From Lama guanicoe (Eukaryota): DNA of 64,000 bases. The DNA is taken from NCBI GenBank assembly GCA_013239625.1, contig MU053995.1:248001-312000 (forward strand), read 5' to 3'. Positions 56,453 through 64,000 of this stretch are shown here, in pieces (positions within the stretch are counted from its first letter, which is position 1; every line of letters starts with the position of its first letter). The translations under genes and the position numbers were made by a program. The notes under the pieces are model-generated. The model was not told the origin of the DNA and did not search any database. It was given only the letters and a program-made list of their open reading frames with translations.

Positions 56453-57631
56453 TTAGGGCAGGCCAACTTCTTTATGATGTCGCATTATGTGCTGGTTCTT
56501 TTCTGAAGGTCTTCGGAACCCCTTCTTGCAGTACTCACAGCGGTGAGGGTAGTCTTTCGTATGAATGGAAATAACGTGCCGTTTAAAGCCTGAGGCATCT
56601 GTAGTGCTATACTCACAGTACTCACACTGATACACCTTTCTGCCACTGTGTGTCTTCATATGCTTTTTTAGCTCATTCTGTTGCCTAAATCCCTTTCTAC
56701 ATCTCTTACACCTGAATGGAAGATCTTTTGTGTGAACCGACAGAATATGGCGACTTAGAACAAATGGATCTGCAATCTTAAAGTCACAATGTCTACACTG
56801 GTGCATTTTTTTACCCTTGTGGGCAGCCACATGCTTCTTGAGTTCAGAAGGCCTGTGAAAGCCTTTGTCACACATGTCACACTTATGGGGGTAGTCCTTC
56901 GTGTGAACTGAAATGATGTGTCGTTTCAGGTCGCTTGAGTTCGAGCTCTTGTGGTCGCAATGCAAACACTGGTGTGTTTTGCTTTCTTGGTGGATAAGAG
57001 CATGTTGTTGCTCCTCTTTGGTATCGGAGAAAGTCAGAAGACAAATGTCACACTTGAATGGCATCTCTTTACTATGCTTAGTTTTTACATGTGTTTTTAA
57101 GTTAGAAGAGTCTGCAGACCTGTATTCGCAGTACTGGCACTGGTACGGCTTCTCCCCAGTATGGATTCGCATGTGCTTTTTGAGCTCTGAGGGGTGTCGA
57201 AAACCTTTACCGCACTCCACGCATATATGAGGAAAGTTCTTGCTGTGGACCGCCAAGAGGTGGCGATTCAGTAACCCTTGTTCAGCAGTCTCATATTCAC
57301 AGAATTTACACTTGTGCATTTTGTTGGCTCCTTTTTCCTTATGCACCATTTTGTGAGTAAACAAAGCCCCAGCGTGAGAGAAATGCTTCCCACACTCATC
57401 GCACTCGATGGCCTTCTCTGCCTTGCTGGTCAGCTTGTGGCTCTCCAGGTGGTTGTGTAAACTTATCTACTTGTTCGTAATCACAGTCTGTACAGTGGTA
57501 CTTCTTCTTTGTAAGGTGTTCAGGATGGTTTTTCATGTGTCTTTTCAAAAAACCTCGTGACTTAAATTTTTTCCCACAAATCATGCAAGGATAGACAGTC
57601 AAGGGATGTCCATCAGGGCCAATAATTATTG
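56453..57631 (-). pseudogene. ZFY: ZFY final coding exon (13 C2H2 fingers), disrupted by a frameshift and a nonsense codon in finger 2
   Basis: [36 protein letters not shown] ... RHHKEVGLP* split over two frames (ORFs 57396-57704 and 56453-57364); acceptor cctttcttag|ca. Confidence 0.9.
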
Positions 57632-58425
57632 CTAAGAAAGGAAAAGAGAATAATGAGTCATCAAACCAAGTCCTGCTTTGGTTTCTTTTAACAATTTTAA
57701 GCATGTGTTCTGTACATTATTTGTAAGTACTCCTACATTAGGTTAACATTTCTTTCACTGGTTTTCAATAAAAGATTTAGTAAACTAGTAATAAAGAGAA
57801 TCTGGTCCAGAAACATCAGTATGATTGCACCAATCTCATTCCCAGTTTAAAATAAACAATGCAGCAATTTAAAACTACATAAATTAAAGTATCTAGAGAA
57901 AATCACTCATAAAACTGAAGTCCAACATTTCAGTTTTGATTATGCTAAGCCAAATTTAAGCCAACTTACAGTAGAGTTAAACCACACCCATAAAAGTTTT
58001 ACTATGTAAATAACTATTCAAGACTACAGAAGAGGAATATGTTCAACGAACAAATGAAGTATTTGTACTGCTCCTCTGTGAATCACGCCTGCTTTACGCT
58101 GATGCTTGTTTTTTAAAATTTGTTCACTTGAAGTTAACATATTTTAGTTATTTATTTGCATTTCCACTAAAATAACCTGATTATTTTAGTTCTTTTTCCT
58201 GAATTAGTTTCTGATTCAAAACCTAATTCTTTTTATCTAAGGAAATCATTCATGAATATCACTGAATTCTTAAAATTGTATTTTCAAATTCAATACTAAA
58301 AGCTACACATATTCTAACATCTAAAATGTTATCACAATGTCTTTGTGGATCTTTGTGGATACATACTAGAGTTTCATCTGAGAGACTGCAGAGCACGCTG
58401 TGCTGTGGAACTTGTGTGCCCTCAC

Positions 58426-58566
58426 CTGTTTGGTACTGCCTGGAATCAGGTCTTCTCCTTTTCTTTGGTTTTTGTTTAGCCAGTCTGCCGAGCCCAGCAG
58501 ACTCATCTATGTGCAAGAGGGCACTTGCAGTGCCATTCCGGTTTTCAATTCCATCAGAATTATTAC
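58426..58566 (-). CDS. ZFY: ZFY exon (141 bp) with [49 protein letters not shown]
   Basis: Translation; ttgttag|gt acceptor and acag|gtgagg donor. Confidence 0.95.
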
Positions 58567-59057
58567 CTAACAATGTGCATTAAAAAACAAAATTATACAG
58601 TATTATAAATTATAAAGAACTAGGGATTCTTTATTAACTACAACAATGAAAAGCCATGATACTCATGAATGACAGAAACTCCCTATCTCAGTAATGGGCT
58701 TTACTGGGCATAACTGTATCACAAGATCATAGAAAATGCTTAGCTTTCAAGTCTAGAAGCATTTTCCCTCATGAATTCTCTTGTTTTCACTTAAAGGTCA
58801 TGAGTCAGTTACTTCAAGAAAAAGAATTTCAGCTTGAAAGCCTATATATTTCTAAATAATTTAGGCATGATGAAAATTCCTATTAAAGTTAAAGGCAAAA
58901 AGATAGACTGTATCTATCCTATCATCTTTCTCTATTTTTGCTCACATCACTAACCTGGTGATTTGTATTTCTGAAATCTAAGACCAAAGAAACTATTTTC
59001 AATAATGAATTCATGTTCAAGAACCACCTCACTCCTTTGAACTCTTACATAACATAC

Positions 59058-59213
59058 CATAAGCTGCTGCCCATGCTATTGGCATGAATGTTTTCACTTC
59101 ACTGTCATCCATTTGTTGTTCATGCACAGCAGCTGCAGCTGCTGCTGCAACAGCAGTATCTTCCTCTCCTACAATCACTTCCATATAAACTTCATCAGCA
59201 ATTTCAGCAACAT
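59058..59213 (-). CDS. ZFY: ZFY acidic-domain exon (156 bp): VAEIADEVYMEVIVGEEDTAVAAAAAAAVHEQQMDDSEVKTFMPIAWAAAY
   Basis: Translation; tacttag|at acceptor and tatg|gtatgt donor. Confidence 0.95.
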
Positions 59214-59619
59214 CTAAGTACAAAATTAACAGAACCAGTTTTGTGACTGATTAGATTAGACACGGAAGATATTTTTATTTGAATTAAGTTAATAAATAGA
59301 AGTCTCAGTGTTATATGCCTAGAATATTTCACAAGGTAAATATTCTATAAATATTTATTCAATGAATCATTCCTTTCTTGGCTTTCACCATAATCTGTTT
59401 ACAAAATGGCATCCTAAATAAGTATTAACAGTCACTGATACTCTTCTTTGGAATATGGCAACACAATGTCTACCACAGTGCTGCTTATTTTCTTCAAATA
59501 TTGGTTGTATTAAAAAAAAAGTTAAAAGCACATACTGTAAACTAACTACAATTTAAAAAACAAGAAAAAATTAAAAGCATACAAAAATACTCTCTCCCAC
59601 AAAAAGGTCACCTACTTAC

Positions 59620-59763
59620 TTAAATCTTCATCTTCTTGCTGAGAGTCACTGAGAGTCATATAAACCATCTTTTCCCTTGGCACACGAATACTGCTATTCT
59701 GATCAAGTAGTTCAACTCCATGATCATTCTCAGGCTCACTCTCCACAATGTCAACAGTGCCAC
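59620..59763 (-). CDS. ZFY: ZFY acidic-domain exon (144 bp): GTVDIVESEPENDHGVELLDQNSSIRVPREKMVYMTLSDSQQEDEDL
   Basis: Translation; ctgatag|gt acceptor and ttaa|gtaagt donor. Confidence 0.95.
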
Positions 59764-59984
59764 CTATCAGGGAATATGACAGCTCCAAGAATTTATTTGA
59801 CAACTTTATTTCCATCTGTTTTACCTTAAGAAGTAATTAGCTCTTCCAACACTTTTATAGGAATACATGGAGAATCTGTTTGAAAGCCATCCTCAATTCA
59901 AATATTCTCACTGACTAAACCACCCAAAAGTAATTAAGCTAAAGTGTTTGACAGGATGAATAATCACTGAAGGCTGCAATTTAC

Positions 59985-60134
59985 CTAAGTCATCCTCTGC
60001 AGGGTCAGCTTTAAAAATGTACACCTTGATGACCTCAGGGCAACTGCCATCCACTTTACAAGGATCGATTTCTGACTCTGCATCCGTGGTAATTGCAGAT
60101 GAACCACTGTGTTCTATTTTGCCAGCATCATCCA
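59985..60134 (-). CDS. ZFY: ZFY acidic-domain exon (150 bp): DDAGKIEHSGSSAITTDAESEIDPCKVDGSCPEVIKVYIFKADPAEDDL
   Basis: Translation; ccttttttag|tg acceptor and ttag|gtaaat donor; upstream exons lie beyond the window. Confidence 0.95.
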
Positions 60135-62092
60135 CTAAAAAAGGCAGGAAACACATTACATTTTTGGAAGTTTTCTAAAAGTGGGATGATATATTAAGGT
60201 AAAAAATGTTTTACTTAAACTGCTGGTAACCTTGAAAAATAACACAAGTAATGAAATGATACACTTTATCCCTGGATATACTTATATCCATTAGATAAAA
60301 GCATTATTGTATTCTTGAAGTTCTTATGGAAAGTATCTTAGTAGTATAAAATCAGCAAACACTAGTCTCTAATATTAATATTTTACCAGCTCTATGCTCA
60401 CTACTTTTTAGTATTGTTTGATCCTATCTTTTTCTACTAGAATTATATATTTAAAATATCAAAATATGATGTTCAAAAAGATATACTGCAATGCTCAATG
60501 TAAATATCAAACTGTCTAATGTAAAACTGCATACAAACAGACAGCACATAATACACAAAGACACACATACTTACATTCATAAAAGTAATGAGTCTGGATC
60601 ACTGCTTGCAAATGCGGTAAATGTGTACTTAAACATATTGTCCTAAACTTTTTACATACTTTTAACATAGCCTCTTTCATGTTTTTGGAAAATAAATCCT
60701 TATTTTCCAATAGAAGCTCAAATACTGGTCGCATTAAAAAAATTTTAAAAGCACTGATTCCCAACAGTAGAGACACAGGGAATATAGAGCAAACATTTCA
60801 TATTTTAAACTTGATAACAGAAGCAAAGAAAATAACTGCAGCATTATGCCTAAGACCTGGAAAATTAACAAAAGTAAAAAAAGAAAAAGCCTCAAAAAAA
60901 AAATACTCTGGATTGTAGTAACACCAAAAATATATTTCATCCAGTTCTTCCACTATGCAACTCACTGCTATCTCTGACACAAAAGAAGTGGGGCAACTAA
61001 TAAAAACTTCGTACAATTAAACTCATCTCAAAAACTGGATTTACTGATGTTGAGAGAAAAACCAAAGAAATGTTCTCTCTACTCTAAACACAACTGGTCT
61101 ATCTGACAGAGCTGAAAATCAAGTAAAGGGAAGCAGATCCAAAGCCCAGAGAAGGAGGTTGATTTATTTTATCTTCAATACTTTCATCAAGTCTTTTCAT
61201 TTCCTTTTTTGGTTCTGGTGCTCCCCTGCTTGATGTATTTTGTTATCCTTTTCAGTTATTTTGCTTTATTTTATTCAGTTCAACAATGAATCACAACAAT
61301 AAGTCGTACTTTAGGTTAGGTACCAAAAACACAAATTAAATACAAAAAAATCATGTAACCTAGAAGGTAAAGTCATAGAATCATGTAAACTACCGGAAAA
61401 CAGACAATGAACAGATGATAATTTTTCAATGTGATAATACTAATAACTTAGGCGCTATGTACTTAACAAGGGAGGTTTTAATGTATTGCCAAAATTTTAA
61501 AGAACAGCAAACTGATTATTTATGGAAGCTGAATGAGTTATTTGAAGTTACACAACTAATGACCTAAATCAGCACATACAACTTAATCCATGTGATGCAT
61601 AACTAACACTAATCAAACTTTTAGTGTTTTAGCAATATATTCTATGAGATTTAAGTTGATAAAGAAAATAGTGATTTTTCTGAAAATCAATGAATAGCAT
61701 AATTAACCAAAGCTGGTTTCCATGAGTAGTGATAAGATGAGTATGTTCACGACTCAAGTACACCTCAGCTAAGGCTGTGGTAACAGTTCTGACTACTAAG
61801 TAATTTTATGTCTTAAATTCTTAATAGTGGCTTATAAAGATAAAATTTAGGTTTTTAATCTTTGAAATACCTCTCCAAATTCCTCATCATATCCTTCAAA
61901 AGATCCAAAAATTACATTTGTCTACTCAAATTCTTACACAGAATTAGACTATTATTATTTCAAAGGTGGCATTAAAAAGTGAAAATATTTTGTTACTTAT
62001 TACAAATCAAGACCATCCCCTTCTTAAATAAATTACTTACACAAAACTGCTTTCAAACAGCATCCTGCAAACATCTTAAAAATGTGTAAATC

Positions 62093-62093
<1 letters not shown>

Positions 62094-62118
<25 letters not shown>
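62094..62118. repeat. (TG)n microsatellite in a ZFY intron
   Basis: Direct reading. Confidence 0.95.
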
Positions 62119-62123
<5 letters not shown>

Positions 62124-63729
62124 AATACAACAGGTACAAATAAAGGATAAATGTCTGCACTGGCTGATAGTAACCAGAGATCACTGATGTTCTTGATGAA
62201 AAGTGTTTTAGTGAATGATGTATGGGGTCTTACTGAAATGGGTTGAGAATTTTATATAAATTTCTTTAAGTTTAGTTTAAAAAAGGAGAATGAAGGAGCA
62301 GTAATCAGAATAGACTGCAGGACCAAGGAGATTACTGTTAACTGGTAAAAATATTTAAGCATGCTCAAAGTCTGTGGGAGTAATAAAGTGAGAGACTGGA
62401 GTCAGTGGGCATGGTGAACTGCTGGATCAAGATCTCAGAAGGAAACGGAGAAGATGAAACAAGGAGTAAACATGAAGGAAATATCCTTAAATAGGAGGAC
62501 AAACATTGTTTCTTTTGAGAACTGAGGACAGTAAGTAAATATGAATAGCAATGTGGCTAACTTGTTTTCAGGGACCGGGTGGGATAGGAACTAGAAATAC
62601 AAAAAGCAGGAAAATAAAAATTCTGAGTGGTGGCTTCAACCATATATATGCAACCATATATACACAAAAGGAGGCAAGGACTTTGGTTTGAAAGTAAGAG
62701 AATGCATACAGGGTTAAAGTTGAGAAGTGAGGGAGATTGAGTTGGTACAGGAGGATACTTAATGATATAAAGGTTCAAAAAGCCCAGCTGGTTTAACTCT
62801 TTGCAATTATAAACACACACATACATACACACCTACAGACACACGCACACACACCCCTTTCCTAAACTTTGAATTTAACGATCTAAAGGTATTTTGACAT
62901 TTAACAAATACAGTTTGTCAGGAAAAATAGGCATCATGTCCTTAATTTTGGTCTGACATGTACTTAGCCTTTTTTTTCAAAATTAAATATTTTTATGAAG
63001 TATCCTGCTGACTGACCTAATTAAAATGATCTCCCTAAAGGTGACTTTGGAAACTGAGATAGTGTTAGAAAGTAAGACCTCAGTAAATCAGGCAGAAGTA
63101 TCCAGAATAAATTTATGATTATTTACAGAACTAACCTCTAAGGACTTTTTGGATGAAGCTGGCCTTTTTTGGCAAGTTTGTAAAAAGTGATTCTATACAG
63201 CTACTGAAAAACCTAATGTCCTATGTTTACAAGGTTATACTAGATGTTCTTACAAATGTCAGTTTGTAGGAAATCATAAAACTCTTGAACAAAGAAGACT
63301 TGTATAAAATGGAGTAATAAGATATATGAATTTCAACACAATTGCATTTTTTAAAATGGAGTAATAAAGAACTTTAGTTTTAGAGTAAAGCCTCTCCAAA
63401 GAAGGCGTAATTTCTGGAAATTAAGATTGCTTCTAATAACTATCTTTTCCACATCATTTTACAACTTCTTTAGTACTTTTGAATATTTTATCTTACCTTT
63501 TACACAGAAATAAATGAAAGCCTAACTGAAATGAGGTTGGAGAACGTGAATGAGAACTGGGTAAGTGAAGTAGTAGCTTGCAGAAGTGGGATCAAGAGAA
63601 ACTGGTTTCTTTGCTATTATTTTAAGAGTGAAAAGAAAGGTTGTTTGCTGAATGGAATAGTCCTATAGAGGGTGAGAGATAAACTGATGATTTAAGAGAT
63701 AACTGCTGACCAGTAAAAAGAAAGTTTAA

Positions 63730-64000
63730 AGGCATCTTTGCACTCTTTTGTTAATCCCTTTCTTCAATCTACCCTATAGTTAGAGAAAACAATCACTAAT
63801 TTACTTTTTGTCCTTACAGATATACCTGTTCTAGACATTCCATACACTTCTTATACTTCCATGTTCAACCATGTTTTGCTGTTGTGGTATGTATCAATGC
63901 TTCATTTCTTTTTATGGGCAAATAATATTCCATTGTACGGTGCTAACACATTTTTCAAGTCAATGTATCAACTTATCAATAATGCTGCTGTGCACATTTG
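63730..64000 (-). mobile_element. Ancient L1 3' fragment
   Basis: cctgttctagacattccata, tttatgggcaaataatattccattgta, aataatgctgctgtg motifs. Confidence 0.7.

Noticed and set aside
56913..57460. Plus-strand ORFs over the zinc-finger exon
   Set aside because: Antisense shadows of the C2H2 coding sequence.
57467..57469. New TAG acting as a rescue splice acceptor
   Set aside because: No polypyrimidine tract, and the splice would enter the shifted frame (DKFTQ...).
58240..58275. Palindrome attcatgaat in the final ZFY intron as a snoRNA or hairpin
   Set aside because: No convincing C/D or H/ACA boxes and the stem is too short.
56453..60134. Calling the gene ZFX or an autosomal ZFA-type retrocopy
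   Set aside because: It has introns, ZFY-like residues (KYHC, AVAAAA) and linkage to WWC3 unlike the X order; ZFY remains an inference.

Overview
Mammalian genomic DNA, AT-rich and dense in LINE-1. A Vic-1-like SINE fragment suggests a camelid. Two X-degenerate-type genes lie on the minus strand. The first is the 5' part of a WWC3 homologue (exons 1, 2, 3 and 6 by KIBRA/WWC numbering; 3733-~26.6 kb) with a CpG-island promoter containing a 75-nt N gap. The second is the last five coding exons plus 3' UTR of a ZFX/ZFY gene (~53.9-60.1 kb). WWC3 and ZFX are many Mb apart on eutherian X chromosomes, so the ~27-kb spacing here points to the male-specific Y (WWC3Y + ZFY). Both genes appear damaged as assembled. 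The ZFY zinc-finger exon has a 5-bp deletion, an AAG>TAG nonsense change and a V>E core substitution. The WWC3 copy lacks exons 4-5, so an exon 3-exon 6 splice creates a TGA exactly at the junction. WWC3 intron 1 holds an old antisense ZFR processed pseudogene missing its DZF domain. The rest is mostly L1, MaLR/ERV LTR relics, L2/MER5-like relics and microsatellites. Reference protein sequences were recalled, not searched, and repeat boundaries are approximate.
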